A stretch of 64,000 nucleotides of DNA, taken from assembly GCA_018813295.1 (NCBI GenBank), contig JAHJBZ010000033.1, positions 7,422-71,421 on the forward strand, read 5' to 3'. The notes beneath the pieces were generated by a model. It worked only from the letters and a program-made list of their open reading frames with translations, made no database searches and was not told the DNA's origin. A program made the translations under genes and the position numbers. Positions 18,202 to 28,366 of the stretch are shown here, one piece after another. Each line of letters starts with the position of its first letter. Positions within the stretch are counted from its first letter, which is position 1. This DNA is from Patescibacteria group bacterium. Its GTDB lineage: Bacteria; Patescibacteriota; Gracilibacteria; UM-FILTER-43-11.

Positions 18202-19725
18202 TCAATGCAAAAACGCCCTTGTACCTGTAAACACCATCGCAATTCCCGCATCATCAGCGGCTTTAATTACTTCTTCGTCTTTAATTGATCCTCCTGGTTG
18301 AATGATGGCGGTGATTTTATGCTCAGCGGCTTTTTCGACGCTATCCGGGAATGGGAAGAAAGCATCGCTGGCCATTACGGAGTCGTCTTCACGGTTCATT
18401 GCCTTTTTAATTGCAATTTCAACTGCGTCCACACGACTCATTTGTCCGGCACCGATTCCGACTGTCATTCCGTTTTTGGCTAGGACTATGGCGTTTGATT
18501 TAACGTGTTTTACAACGTGCCAAGCAAAAAGCAGATCTTTTAGTTCTTGATCGCTTGGTTTGCGTTTGGTGACTATTTTTAGATCATCTGCTGTAATTTG
18601 TTTGGTGTCGAGGTCTTGGATGAGCAGGCCATTACTCACTTTGCGATAAGTGCGAGCTGGTGGCTGGGGTTTAATTTCGCCTATTTTGAGCACTCGGAGA
18701 TTTGGTTTTGTTGCAAAAGCTGTAAGTGCCTCTTCTTCAAAATCCGGAGCGATAATTACCTCGAAGAATTTACTGACAATACTTTCGGCAATATCTTTTG
18801 TGCATGCTCTGTTAAAGGCAATAACTCCGCCGAATGCGGATTTTGGATCGCCCTGATATGCATTTATAAATGCCTCGTTTAAGTCTTTTGCAGTTGCGAT
18901 GCCGCATGGATTTGCATGTTTGATAAATGCAACTGTTGGCTCTGCAAATTCGCGGACTAAGCTGAGGGCGCCATCGGCATCCATGATGTTGTTGTAGGAA
19001 AGTTCTTTGCCCTGGAGCTGCTCGGCCTTATCCAGAGAAGCTTCTCCGTGACCATTTTTATCGCGATAGAATGAAGCTTTCTGGTGAGGATTCTCCCCAT
19101 AACGCAAATCACCAAGTTTTTCGACTATTATATGTTCGGTTTTACCGCCTGTGAGGTAATTGGCAATAAGGCTATCATAATGAGCAGTGGCTTCAAAAAC
19201 TTTTTCGGCTAAACGTCGCCTGGTTTCCTCTTTTGTATTATCTCCATTTGATTCAATTTCTTTCCAGACTGATTCGTAATCATCTGGATCTGTTATTACA
19301 GTTACATAACGGAAGTTTTTAGCAGCACTGCGGAGCATGCTTGGACCACCAATATCGATTTGTTCGATGGCTTCTGGGAGCGCCACATCCTTTTTCTTGA
19401 TTGTTTCTTCAAATGGGTACAAGTTGACTACTACTAAATCTATTAGACCAATATCGTGCTCTTCAGCCGACTTCATGTGATCGGGATTGTCGCGAAGTGC
19501 AAGGATTGCGCCGTGGATTTTTGGATGCAAAGTTTTAACTCTTCCATCCATCATCTCCGGATGGCCGGTGAATTTGCTAACGTCGACGACATCAACTCCG
19601 TTATCCCGTAGTAATTTGGCGGTTCCGCCAGTTGATAGGATTTCAATACCTTTGTCGTATAGTTTTTTAGCGAATTCAACGATTCCGTCTTTATTGGAAA
19701 CCGAAATCAGGGCTCTTTTGATCAT
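18202..19725 (-). CDS. purH: Bifunctional AICAR transformylase/IMP cyclohydrolase
   Basis: RALISVSNK, GRVKTLHP, IDIGGPSM, LRYGENPHQ, ASDAFFPF. Confidence 0.97.
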   Translation of the reverse strand: MIKRALISVSNKDGIVEFAKKLYDKGIEILSTGGTAKLLRDNGVDVVDVSKFTGHPEMMDGRVKTLHPKIHGAILALRDNPDHMKSAEEHDIGLIDLVVVNLYPFEETIKKKDVALPEAIEQIDIGGPSMLRSAAKNFRYVTVITDPDDYESVWKEIESNGDNTKEETRRRLAEKVFEATAHYDSLIANYLTGGKTEHIIVEKLGDLRYGENPHQKASFYRDKNGHGEASLDKAEQLQGKELSYNNIMDADGALSLVREFAEPTVAFIKHANPCGIATAKDLNEAFINAYQGDPKSAFGGVIAFNRACTKDIAESIVSKFFEVIIAPDFEEEALTAFATKPNLRVLKIGEIKPQPPARTYRKVSNGLLIQDLDTKQITADDLKIVTKRKPSDQELKDLLFAWHVVKHVKSNAIVLAKNGMTVGIGAGQMSRVDAVEIAIKKAMNREDDSVMASDAFFPFPDSVEKAAEHKITAIIQPGGSIKDEEVIKAADDAGIAMVFTGTRAFLH

Positions 19726-19773
19726 GATTGTGAGGTTATTGTGCGCATATTATATCATGAATTAAATACCCTG

Positions 19774-19805
19774 CCGAAGGCGAGATTGGCCAATCTCGCC
19801 TTCGG
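19774..19805. repeat. Perfect 32-bp REP-like palindrome (CCGAAGGCG family)
   Basis: CCGAAGGCGAGATTGGCCAATCTCGCCTTCGG; compensatory changes relative to the 8736 copy. Confidence 0.9.
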
Positions 19806-19856
19806 GGATTGTATTGAATAAATTGAGAATTTCTTTTAAACTACTTCTGCCCTAAT

Positions 19857-19893
19857 TCAACGAAATAACGAGATAACGACACAACGAAACAAC
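19857..19893. repeat. 8-nt periodic arm abutting the lepA start
   Basis: caacgaaa taacgaga taacgaca caacgaaa caac-ATG. Confidence 0.75.
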
Positions 19894-21702
19894 ATGGATA
19901 ACATCCGCAACTTCTGCATCATAGCCCACATTGACCACGGAAAATCGACCCTTGCCGACAGGTTTTTGGAAATTACGAATACCATTCAGAAGAGGGATAT
20001 GAAACATGGGCAGATGCTGGATACTATGGAGTTGGAGCAGGAACGTGGAATTACGATAAAATTGCAGCCTGTGCGGATGGATTATAATGGATATATTCTT
20101 AATTTGATTGATACGCCTGGGCATGTGGATTTTACGTATGAGGTGAGTAGGTCGCTTGCCGCTTGTGAGGGTGCGATTTTGGTTGTGGATGCCACTCAGG
20201 GCATTCAGGCTCAGACTTTGGCGAACTTGTATATGGCGATGGAGCATGATCTTAAAATCATTCCGGTTATTAATAAGATTGATATGCCGGCCGCTGATCC
20301 TGAAAAAGTTAAAGATGAAATTGAGAATATGTTGGCTATTGACCGAAATGAGGTTATTGAAGTAAGCGCAAAGACAGGTGAGAATGTGGAGTTTTTATTG
20401 GATGTAATAATTGACCAGGTACCTTCACCAATTAATGGTGGGCTACGTAAACAACTTGGTATTGAGTCGGATGAAGAGGCCAAAGCTCTTGTTTTTGATT
20501 CGGTTTATGACACTTATAGAGGAGTTGTTTCTTATGTGAGGATGGTGAGTGGAACATTTAAAAAGGGTGAGAAACTTACATTCTTAAATACTAAAACTGA
20601 CATTGAGGTTTCGGATATTGGTTATTTTCGGCCATCTTATGAATCTCAAAAGGAATTGAAGCCTGGTGAAGTTGGTTTTATCGTTACAGGGCTTAAATCT
20701 GTAAGTGAAGCACGTGTGGGTGACACGTTGTGGAGCGGAAAGGATGTAAAAAGTGCCAAAGCGCTTCCTGGTTATAAAAAAGTTGTACCAATGGTGTATG
20801 CGGGAATTTATTGTGTGGATGGGGATGACTATCCGCAACTTAGGGATTCGATGGAAAAGTTAAGCTTAAATGACGCAGCTCTTGCCTATGAACCCGATCA
20901 ATCTCAGGCGCTTGGTTCTGGTTTTAGGTGTGGGTTTTTGGGGCTTCTTCATATGGATATTGTGCAGGAGAGATTGGAGCGTGAGTATGATATGGATATT
21001 ATCACCACTGCACCATCCGTTTCCTACATTATTAAGATGAAAGATGGAAAGGAAATTACTATTTCATCTCCGGCTGAGCTGCCGGACAGGAGCTCCGTAG
21101 AATCAATTTCTGAACCATGGGTAAAGCTGGAGATTGTATGCCCAAAGGAAATGGTTGGTGATGTGATGAAAATAGTGCAGGATCGCCGTGGTTTTCATAA
21201 AAATATTACATATATGGATGCCGACCGCACCTTTATTCTCTTTGAAATGCCGCTTGCAACACTGATTATTGATTTTTATGATGCATTGAAATCGATTAGC
21301 AGCGGTTATGCATCGATGAATTATTATTTTATGGAATACCGGGAAGATCAATTGATTAAATTGGATATTCTTGTTGCTGGTGAAATTATGGAGGGACTTA
21401 GTGTTATGTGTCATAAAACGGAAGCACAGAATTTGGGTGGCAAGCTTTGTAAAAAGTTGAAAGGTATTATTCCGAGAGCTAATTTTGCCATAGCCATTCA
21501 GGCAGCAATTGGAGGCAAAATTATTGCAAGGGAAACTATTTCGGCTTACAGAAAAGACGTAACCGCCGGCTTGTATGGCGGAGATGTCACCCGAAAAAAC
21601 AAGCAGTTACAAAAACAGAAGAAGGGTAAAAAAAGGATGAAGCAAATGGGTAGTGTTTCTATTCCGCAAGATGCGTTTCAGGCAATCCTTAAAAAGGATT
21701 GA
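19894..21702 (+). CDS. lepA: Elongation factor 4
   Basis: IRNFCIIAHIDHGKSTLADR, GFRCGFLGLLH, GGDVTRK. Confidence 0.97.
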   Translation: MDNIRNFCIIAHIDHGKSTLADRFLEITNTIQKRDMKHGQMLDTMELEQERGITIKLQPVRMDYNGYILNLIDTPGHVDFTYEVSRSLAACEGAILVVDATQGIQAQTLANLYMAMEHDLKIIPVINKIDMPAADPEKVKDEIENMLAIDRNEVIEVSAKTGENVEFLLDVIIDQVPSPINGGLRKQLGIESDEEAKALVFDSVYDTYRGVVSYVRMVSGTFKKGEKLTFLNTKTDIEVSDIGYFRPSYESQKELKPGEVGFIVTGLKSVSEARVGDTLWSGKDVKSAKALPGYKKVVPMVYAGIYCVDGDDYPQLRDSMEKLSLNDAALAYEPDQSQALGSGFRCGFLGLLHMDIVQERLEREYDMDIITTAPSVSYIIKMKDGKEITISSPAELPDRSSVESISEPWVKLEIVCPKEMVGDVMKIVQDRRGFHKNITYMDADRTFILFEMPLATLIIDFYDALKSISSGYASMNYYFMEYREDQLIKLDILVAGEIMEGLSVMCHKTEAQNLGGKLCKKLKGIIPRANFAIAIQAAIGGKIIARETISAYRKDVTAGLYGGDVTRKNKQLQKQKKGKKRMKQMGSVSIPQDAFQAILKKD

Positions 21703-21781
21703 TTTAAGATTAACCGATTAGCGATTAGTGATTTACGATTTCAATCTAAAATCTAAAATTGCTAATCTTAAATCGCTAATC
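21697..21781. repeat. 7-nt periodic inverted hairpin (GATT/AATC family)
   Basis: gattagc gattagt gatttac gatt / aatctaa aatctaa aattgct aatctta aatcgct aatc. Confidence 0.8.
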
Positions 21782-21789
21782 AAAACAAG

Positions 21790-22365
21790 ATGTTTACAGG
21801 AATTATCGAAACCACCGGCAAAATTACGAATACCCAAAAGGACAAAATCATAATTGATGCTCCTAAAGTTATTGGTGAACTGAAAATTGGGAGTAGTATT
21901 GCGGTTGATGGAGCGTGCTTAACTGTTGTGGAGACGTCTGACAAATCTTTTACAGCTGATGTGATGCCGGTTACTTTTGAAAAAACGGTTTTAGGTATTC
22001 GGGAAAAAGGAGATTTGGTAAATTTAGAACTTGCTATGAAACATACTGATCGTTTTGAGGGGCATGTTGTTAGTGGTCATATTGAAGGTACTGCTGAATT
22101 AATTAAACAAAAAATTGTTGATAATGCCTACTATTTGACGTTTAGATTGCCAGAAGATTTGACCAGATATGTTGTAGCCCAAGGCTCCATTGCTATAAAT
22201 GGGATAAGTTTGACGGTTATAGATATTGAAGATAGTGAATTTAGTGTCGGAATTATTCCTCACACTTGGGACAACACGAATTTACATGAGTTAGAAGTTG
22301 GTGATAAAGTGAATATTGAAACTGATTTAATGGCGAAATATGCTGAGAAGCTAATGAGTAATTAG
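21790..22365 (+). CDS. ribE: Riboflavin synthase (alpha chain)
   Basis: MFTGIIE, SIAVDGACLTV, VNLE, GHVVSGH. Confidence 0.95.
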   Translation: MFTGIIETTGKITNTQKDKIIIDAPKVIGELKIGSSIAVDGACLTVVETSDKSFTADVMPVTFEKTVLGIREKGDLVNLELAMKHTDRFEGHVVSGHIEGTAELIKQKIVDNAYYLTFRLPEDLTRYVVAQGSIAINGISLTVIDIEDSEFSVGIIPHTWDNTNLHELEVGDKVNIETDLMAKYAEKLMSN

Positions 22366-22394
22366 TTATTAGATTAACCTAAAAAATTATTCAT

Positions 22395-22455
22395 AGGATT
22401 CAGGAAACAGGATTCAGGATTCAGCTGTTTCCAGAGTCCTGAATCCTGAATCCTC
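22395..22455. repeat. 7-nt periodic inverted hairpin (GGATTCA/TGAATCC)
   Basis: aggattc aggaaac aggattc aggattc / gagtcct gaatcct gaatcct. Confidence 0.8.
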
Positions 22456-22459
22456 TAAT

Positions 22460-22930
22460 ATGAGTAAAATTAGCAATAATATCACTGACAACAAGCTGTC
22501 TGCAAAACCCAATACAAAAATCGGAATAGTTAAAAGTGAATATAATTCAAAAATAACTGACACTTTATTCGACAGCTGCAAATCGGAGCTGGAAAAATCA
22601 GGTGTATCCGAAAAAAATATATTTGTGATGACTGTGCCTGGTGCCTATGAATTGCCATTTGGATGCCAAAAAATGATTAAATCAAACAAACCAGATGCTG
22701 TGATTGCACTTGGCGCTGTTATAAAAGGGCAGACTCCTCATTTCGATTATATTGCATCTAGTGCGGCAAACGGTATAATGGATGTAAGTTTAAAAACAGG
22801 CACTCCTATTATTTTTGGAGTTTTAACCACCAATAATCTGGCTCAGGCTAAAGCTCGAATTAAGGGCGGAAGCCGTGGGGACAAAGGAGTTGAAGCTGCC
22901 CAGACAGCCATAAAAATACTTAATACTTAA
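22460..22930 (+). CDS. ribH: 6,7-dimethyl-8-ribityllumazine synthase
   Basis: VPGAYELP, IALGAVIKGQTPHFDY, PIIFGVLT. Confidence 0.95.
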   Translation: MSKISNNITDNKLSAKPNTKIGIVKSEYNSKITDTLFDSCKSELEKSGVSEKNIFVMTVPGAYELPFGCQKMIKSNKPDAVIALGAVIKGQTPHFDYIASSAANGIMDVSLKTGTPIIFGVLTTNNLAQAKARIKGGSRGDKGVEAAQTAIKILNT

Positions 22931-22946
22931 CACTTAAATAAAACAA

Positions 22947-23303
22947 ATGGCAGAAAAATTAGTTATTTCTATAGAAGCACTTTCAGATCATCCTAATGTT
23001 CACGTTGTTGAGTTTGATGGAGATTTTGACGGGTATGCCAAAGAAAATGTTACAGATGTACAAAGTTTTGTAGACAGTGCTACAAATAACACCACATTGA
23101 TTTTTGATTTCAGCAAGCTTAATTACCTAAATAGTTATGCAATTGGGCATTTAGTGGCATGGCATAATCATTTGAGCAAAATGGGCGGTAAAATTTTTAT
23201 AGCAGGCACTAATAAAAATGTTGAAGATATTTTTGCAATACTAGGTATTGCTAAGCTGTTTAAGATTTTTCCTGATGTTAATTCTGTAATCGAAACACTA
23301 TAG
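22947..23303 (+). CDS. STAS domain anti-sigma factor antagonist
   Basis: LIFDFSKLNYLNSYAIG; STAS-type length and pattern. Confidence 0.85.
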   Translation: MAEKLVISIEALSDHPNVHVVEFDGDFDGYAKENVTDVQSFVDSATNNTTLIFDFSKLNYLNSYAIGHLVAWHNHLSKMGGKIFIAGTNKNVEDIFAILGIAKLFKIFPDVNSVIETL

Positions 23304-23306
23304 TAT

Positions 23307-24014
23307 TTAGTATTTCTCGATTTTTTTCTGCCCTTCAACCAATTCTTCAAGGTTTTTAATCAAATTTACGAAAACTGCCTGCATAAATTCCTGAAGGCTC
23401 TCAAGTTCGAAAGTGACTTTTTGGCTTGTTAAGAAGTTGCGCAAAATAAAGGCAGAAAGCTGAGTGAGAACTGGTGAAACTTCACGTACTAGCTGTCGGC
23501 TGGCTGGATCGTCTGAGCGTTTTTTAATTACTATGCTTTCTAGGCATTTATGTGGTTTTTTAGTGGCAACATCGTTGATCAATTTAATCCAGCTATCAAC
23601 TGCACTTTTTTGTTCGGACGAAAGTGACTGAAAATTACGATGCTCTTTTATGGCAAGAGATGCTTCTTGTGGGGTTTCTTGCCGTTCTGAAGATTCTAAA
23701 AGTCCTTTTATTTCCTTTGAGGCTTTTTGATCAATTAATGAAATAATCGCAATAATAAGTTCGGATGGAATGTCCTGTGCTACCGCGCGAGAAATAAGCA
23801 GAAAAAGATCCGTGCTATCAGCTTGATTTAAAAATTGCAAAATTATTTGAACAAGATTGTTGTCGTGAACTCTGGCTTTACCTTCCTCCTGGTATAGCTG
23901 TTGGAGCGCTTGTTGGATCCTGCGCATTTCCTCACGAAATTGCTCATCGCTTTTTTCATCTTGCTCTCTGGCCGCCGGTCCTGTAAATAATTCAGCATCC
24001 CCTGTTTCAGTCAT
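23307..24014 (-). CDS. Hypothetical helical protein
   Basis: 235-aa ORF, no recognised motif. Confidence 0.7.
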   Translation of the reverse strand: MTETGDAELFTGPAAREQDEKSDEQFREEMRRIQQALQQLYQEEGKARVHDNNLVQIILQFLNQADSTDLFLLISRAVAQDIPSELIIAIISLIDQKASKEIKGLLESSERQETPQEASLAIKEHRNFQSLSSEQKSAVDSWIKLINDVATKKPHKCLESIVIKKRSDDPASRQLVREVSPVLTQLSAFILRNFLTSQKVTFELESLQEFMQAVFVNLIKNLEELVEGQKKIEKY

Positions 24015-24021
24015 ATTTTAT

Positions 24022-24119
24022 TAAAAAATTACAAAAATTTAAAATTACAAAATTATTTAATAATGTAACGAAACTATTTTAAACTAATTTTGTAATTTTG
24101 TAATCTTGAATTTTGTAAT
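24022..24119. repeat. 8-nt periodic inverted hairpin (AATTACAA/TTGTAATT)
   Basis: aaattaca..aaattaca aaatta / taattttg taattttg taatcttg aattttg taa. Confidence 0.7.
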
Positions 24120-24149
24120 AAAAAACCACACGACAAGCGTATGGTTTTG
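24120..24149 (-). terminator. Putative intrinsic terminator of rpmA
   Basis: AAAACCATACG-loop-CGTGTGGTTTT followed by T-tract on minus strand. Confidence 0.55.
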
Positions 24150-24171
24150 AAAAATCTAAAAAAATATTGAA

Positions 24172-24450
24172 TTAGGCCGGAACGATATGAACAAGTTTAT
24201 TGCGAAAAATACGGCCATCGAACTTTTTTTGACGTTTTTCGGTAAATTTAACAACGCCTTTTTTTAAAGCAAATAAGGTGAAGTCTTTACCGGTACCAAC
24301 ATTATCACCTGCAAAAAATTTATTACCTTTTTGGCGGACTAAAATGTTGCCAGCTAAAACTTGTTGGCCAGCATAAAGCTTTACGCCTAAGCGCTTTGCT
24401 TTTGAATCCCGACCATTTTTACTGGAACCACCAGCTTTTTTATGTGACAT
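24172..24450 (-). CDS. rpmA: 50S ribosomal protein L27
   Basis: [23 protein letters not shown]. Confidence 0.98.
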   Translation of the reverse strand: MSHKKAGGSSKNGRDSKAKRLGVKLYAGQQVLAGNILVRQKGNKFFAGDNVGTGKDFTLFALKKGVVKFTEKRQKKFDGRIFRNKLVHIVPA

Positions 24451-24513
24451 ATCTACTTTTTCTTAAGTGCGGGGAGATTTTATCTGAATTAATCGAATTT
24501 GGCAAGAAGTTTT

Positions 24514-25683
24514 TCAATATGAACTTTCCCAGAAAATACTATCTGAGTACTTAGTGCCATAACGCTCCTTTGAGTATGAGCGTAGTATAAATCTGAATTC
24601 ACCTCCTTCATACTCAGCTTCAATCGGAATTAACATTTCATTTGCAAGATTGCCGTCGTCATCAGTTTTTAGAATATCGAATAGTGTGCGTTTTCCATTT
24701 ACATATAATTGGACTAAATAAGCTCTCGAGTTATCGCTTTTATCCGGCCATGAAACTTTGTAGTAATCTTTTGTGGACTCCACAAGTTCTATTTCAAATA
24801 AATCAAAATCGGGATTGTTGTGAAAAGCGAGACGTGTTTGTACCGGAGTTATTTCAAACTCAGTCCAGGGTGCTACATTGCCATCATAATCCCTCGCGGA
24901 GAGATAGAAGTAGTATTTTTGGTCATTAGCCAAAGTTTCTACGGTATGTGTATTTTCTGCTGTATATTCTAAATTTGGCATTTGTCTCCAATGGTAATCA
25001 TCCGGATCTATTTGATATTTACTTCGACTTATTAAAAAGATCCATTTATCCTCCTCTTCCGGCGCATCCCAATAAAAATACACCTCGTTGTTTTCCGCTT
25101 TGTAGTGAACATTTGTAATAGGGGTATCAATTGGACTTTCGGCTTCACCGGACAAATATGTAGCTGAGTTGATGGTGCACTGCCCTCTGTTGCTTGGCAG
25201 GTAAAGGGTTGCACCTGTTAGACTGTTAGTCTCGGTGTATATATAAGCGATATCACCAACAAAGTATTTAAGATTTTTACATCCGCTTTCATAATCTATT
25301 TTGTAGGTTATTCCATCCCATTCTATTTCAGCAAGGTGGTCAGCGATTAAAAATGTCGGGCTTTTAATGCGTTTGGTAATAACAATATCATCAGAATAAG
25401 TCCCGGTATTATAGACCTTACAAATTTCATTGGCAGCAACTTTTAATTGCGTGATTTCTTCACCACTCCAAATTAAATCGACAGGGAATTCTGTATCCAT
25501 AGAACTACATAAGCGGTTATGCTGAATAAGAAGCTGTTCACCGCTATTGCGCTCTACGATTAAATCGTGAGTTTCGGTGTCAAATTTAATAACACGTGCT
25601 TTTTCGGTGAAATCAGCAAAGGAGAGTGTAGCTAAAGCTAGTGAAAAAAGAATTGCTATTAAAAAAAGATTTATTTTCTTCAT
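24514..25683 (-). CDS. Secreted FN3-like protein, distant paralog of family A
   Basis: Start re-called at MKKINLF; LYLPSNRGQCTI; NEVYFYWD...LANDQKYYFYL. Confidence 0.75.
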   Translation of the reverse strand: MKKINLFLIAILFSLALATLSFADFTEKARVIKFDTETHDLIVERNSGEQLLIQHNRLCSSMDTEFPVDLIWSGEEITQLKVAANEICKVYNTGTYSDDIVITKRIKSPTFLIADHLAEIEWDGITYKIDYESGCKNLKYFVGDIAYIYTETNSLTGATLYLPSNRGQCTINSATYLSGEAESPIDTPITNVHYKAENNEVYFYWDAPEEEDKWIFLISRSKYQIDPDDYHWRQMPNLEYTAENTHTVETLANDQKYYFYLSARDYDGNVAPWTEFEITPVQTRLAFHNNPDFDLFEIELVESTKDYYKVSWPDKSDNSRAYLVQLYVNGKRTLFDILKTDDDGNLANEMLIPIEAEYEGGEFRFILRSYSKERYGTKYSDSIFWESSY

Positions 25684-25699
25684 GATATTAATGTTAATA

Positions 25700-25800
25700 A
25701 AACGACGAAACAACGATACAACTTTATTTTTCATTTTTCAATTTTCATTTTTCAATAAATTGACAGCCGTCGACTCCCGCTCAGCGGGGCTCCGTCGGAA
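25700..25800. repeat. Stack of three repeat families (8-mer ACGAAACA, 7-mer TTTTCAT, GC-rich CCGACGGAG element)
   Basis: aacgacgaaacaacgatacaac; ttttcat ttttcaa ttttcat; tgacagccgtcgactcccgctcagcggggctccgtcggaa. Confidence 0.8.
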
Positions 25801-25822
25801 AGAAGAATTAAGCAGTGGCTTC

Positions 25823-27745
25823 TTAATCTTTTTCAAGTAGTTTTTCCTGCTCCATATACCTTTGCATTGCTCTTATTTCTTCCAAGTTTAGTTCTACGGT
25901 GCGACCATCTTGAGTTTTTACTGCAAGAGACAAATCGTCGTGACCACCTTCCAGTGTGCTACGATATTTGTTTTTGTGATCTTCAATAAAAAATCTATCC
26001 ATCGCTCTTTCCCGATTTATTTCAACTTGAGCTTTACGATGGGTGTGATCATCTTTTTTCATTTCAACCTGCCTGAAGCCATCTTGATCCACTGCATGTG
26101 CTTTTTTAGTTTTTTCCAGAGTTTTCATTTCGTCTTCAATACCCGTGCGATCAGCATCTTCATTTTGACGCCTGCTCTCTTTAGCGCGGGATTGCCTTAG
26201 CCTTTCTTGCAAATCGATTACATCAGCAGAAGTGTTTTCTTGCTGAGTGACCTGATCTGTTTGTTTAGTTTCTGACTCCTCTCTATCATTACGTAAACGA
26301 GACTGAAAGCCCGAAGCATCGAAATTATCTCTTCGTTCGTTAACAAACATCTTTGTAACTCGATTCAGGAATGAATCTCTTTTATCTGTTCCGCGTTTTT
26401 TCAGATCCAAATTTGCCTGTACTATGGCAGCGCGAGTTGTACCAGAGGTAATTATGCTAAGTGGGTCGGTTGTTGCTGATGACCTTCCGGCATCTGATGG
26501 CACCTTTTCCCCTCTCATGAATTTTTGATATTGTGTATTCATTTCCGTATAACCCCATTCATCTATTTTGGATGCCATGTAGTTTTGTGCTTTCGGAGAT
26601 AGGTTGTTTTGGATGTTGTCGTACAATTTTCTATAACGTTCCATTTGCCCACCTGGGCCATCGTTAAGTTGTTCAACTGCGTTATATTTTGTTTGTAAAT
26701 CCTGATTTTGCATCCAATTCCTAAACTCATTAATGGTGTGATTTCCTATGTATCCTTTTTGCTTGAATGACTGCAAAGAGATTTTATAAGAAGCATCCAG
26801 CCTCTTGTTTTCCTGTTCGCAACTATTCCCAAAGGCAGTAAATAGCTCGGTATACCCTTTTTGATCTCGAAGCGATTCTATGTGATTGAGTGCTTGGCCT
26901 TTTAGGGTTGATCTTATGTTCTTCCATAGAGTTTCGTAGCGCGCCATCTGATTTGGGAATTCCTGGATCCAGTATTTTTTTTCTTTTTGATCGATTTTTT
27001 TAAACCCATCTAAAAATTTTTCATAAGTTTTTTGACCAATAATTTTTTTTGCTTTTGCGTCATCTAACATGCCTTTGTATTTTCCAAATAATTCTAAAGA
27101 TTCTACTTTGCCTGTTTTTTCGGCGTACTCTTCTGCCTTTGGTATGGCTTCTTCGGCTTTTTTAAGAAATGCACGACGTTCTGGAACAGTCATTTCTAAG
27201 AATTTTTTCTCATCAGGGATATCTATTTTTGTGTGTTCATCTACTTTTAAATAACCAACATTGCGGGCAAGCGGATGATTGGCAATTTTATCGTAAGCTT
27301 CCTTATCCTTTTCCATATTGGCAATTTTTTGCAAAATAAGGGTTTCAATCGCCGCAGAATCCTGAACAAATTTGAATTCATTTCCCAAAATCAATTTGGA
27401 CATCAGGAATTCCTCATCTTTTTCTGAAGCGACTTTTGCTTTTATTGCACGTTCAATATGCGTGTGAACTCTATCCGCTTTTGATTCGTGTCTTTGGGCA
27501 AAATCACGCATGCTTTCGAGCAATTTCAAAGTCAATTCGTGATCTTCTTGTCCCATTGCCACTTTTCGATATTCCGAATAGGATTGATCCGAGATAATTC
27601 TTTTCTTTACCGAGCTGTCCGCAATTAATCCAATCTCTTGCCGAAATTCTCTCATGCGGTTAATGGTGAGAACATTATTCAAAACTTCACTCTTTGTTGG
27701 AGCTTCATCTTGCCTTTCTATGTTTTGAGCTAATTCTCCAGCCAT
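25823..27745 (-). CDS. Large hypothetical helical protein with internal repeats
   Basis: 640-aa ORF; repeated units (KKIIGQKTYEKF...QMARYETLW...GYTEL / KGYIGNHTINEF...QMERYRKLY...GYTEM). Confidence 0.75.
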   Translation of the reverse strand: MAGELAQNIERQDEAPTKSEVLNNVLTINRMREFRQEIGLIADSSVKKRIISDQSYSEYRKVAMGQEDHELTLKLLESMRDFAQRHESKADRVHTHIERAIKAKVASEKDEEFLMSKLILGNEFKFVQDSAAIETLILQKIANMEKDKEAYDKIANHPLARNVGYLKVDEHTKIDIPDEKKFLEMTVPERRAFLKKAEEAIPKAEEYAEKTGKVESLELFGKYKGMLDDAKAKKIIGQKTYEKFLDGFKKIDQKEKKYWIQEFPNQMARYETLWKNIRSTLKGQALNHIESLRDQKGYTELFTAFGNSCEQENKRLDASYKISLQSFKQKGYIGNHTINEFRNWMQNQDLQTKYNAVEQLNDGPGGQMERYRKLYDNIQNNLSPKAQNYMASKIDEWGYTEMNTQYQKFMRGEKVPSDAGRSSATTDPLSIITSGTTRAAIVQANLDLKKRGTDKRDSFLNRVTKMFVNERRDNFDASGFQSRLRNDREESETKQTDQVTQQENTSADVIDLQERLRQSRAKESRRQNEDADRTGIEDEMKTLEKTKKAHAVDQDGFRQVEMKKDDHTHRKAQVEINRERAMDRFFIEDHKNKYRSTLEGGHDDLSLAVKTQDGRTVELNLEEIRAMQRYMEQEKLLEKD

Positions 27746-27797
27746 GTCTAAAAATTATAGTGAGTTTTACTATACACTAAAAACTCTAAATTTAAAG

Positions 27798-28364
27798 CTA
27801 TAAGATAAGTTTATCTTTGTCTTCAGTTTCATCATATTGCTCACCTGTTCTGTCTGCATGGGCACGGTTGAGTATTTCTCTTGCCACATATCCGGGATCA
27901 GGAACGCGGTCTATTTCAAATTTAGAAGCATCTCCGGCAGCTGTTTGCACCTCAATGTTCCCATAATTCAATAATGTTGGAAGAACTCCTGTAATATCGC
28001 TGGTTGTATCCTGGATTTGGTTTAACGGTGTTGAAGACACTGTACGTTTCAAAAAGGTCACCTGAGTAATGTCGATTAAGCGCTCATTAGTTAGAACAAA
28101 TAGATCAAATTGTTCATTAATCCAGGCAATACAGGTTAAAAGGAGACCAAAAAGCAGGTAGATACAGGAAAACAAACCAATTCCAATATCCAGATTTCTG
28201 TATTCCGCAAACGGATAATAGCTGAACCAAGCAGCCAAAAAGATAATAAGCGGTGCTGCAACTGTAACTACAAAAGCAATTATAATTCTTACGTAAACAA
28301 TCGCATGCTTGCGAATAATTATTAGAACCTTTTCATTTGGACGTTGACCAGGAAATTTAAACAT
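27798..28364 (-). CDS. Membrane protein with bacterial PH (bPH_2-like) domain
   Basis: 2 TM then LTNERLIDITQ, IQD, LNYGNIEVQTA, VPDP. Confidence 0.8.
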   Translation of the reverse strand: MFKFPGQRPNEKVLIIIRKHAIVYVRIIIAFVVTVAAPLIIFLAAWFSYYPFAEYRNLDIGIGLFSCIYLLFGLLLTCIAWINEQFDLFVLTNERLIDITQVTFLKRTVSSTPLNQIQDTTSDITGVLPTLLNYGNIEVQTAAGDASKFEIDRVPDPGYVAREILNRAHADRTGEQYDETEDKDKLIL

Positions 28365-28366
28365 TT

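Noticed and set aside
21703-21789. FMN riboswitch upstream of ribE
   Set aside because: The region is short and fully occupied by a 7-mer hairpin; no RFN consensus
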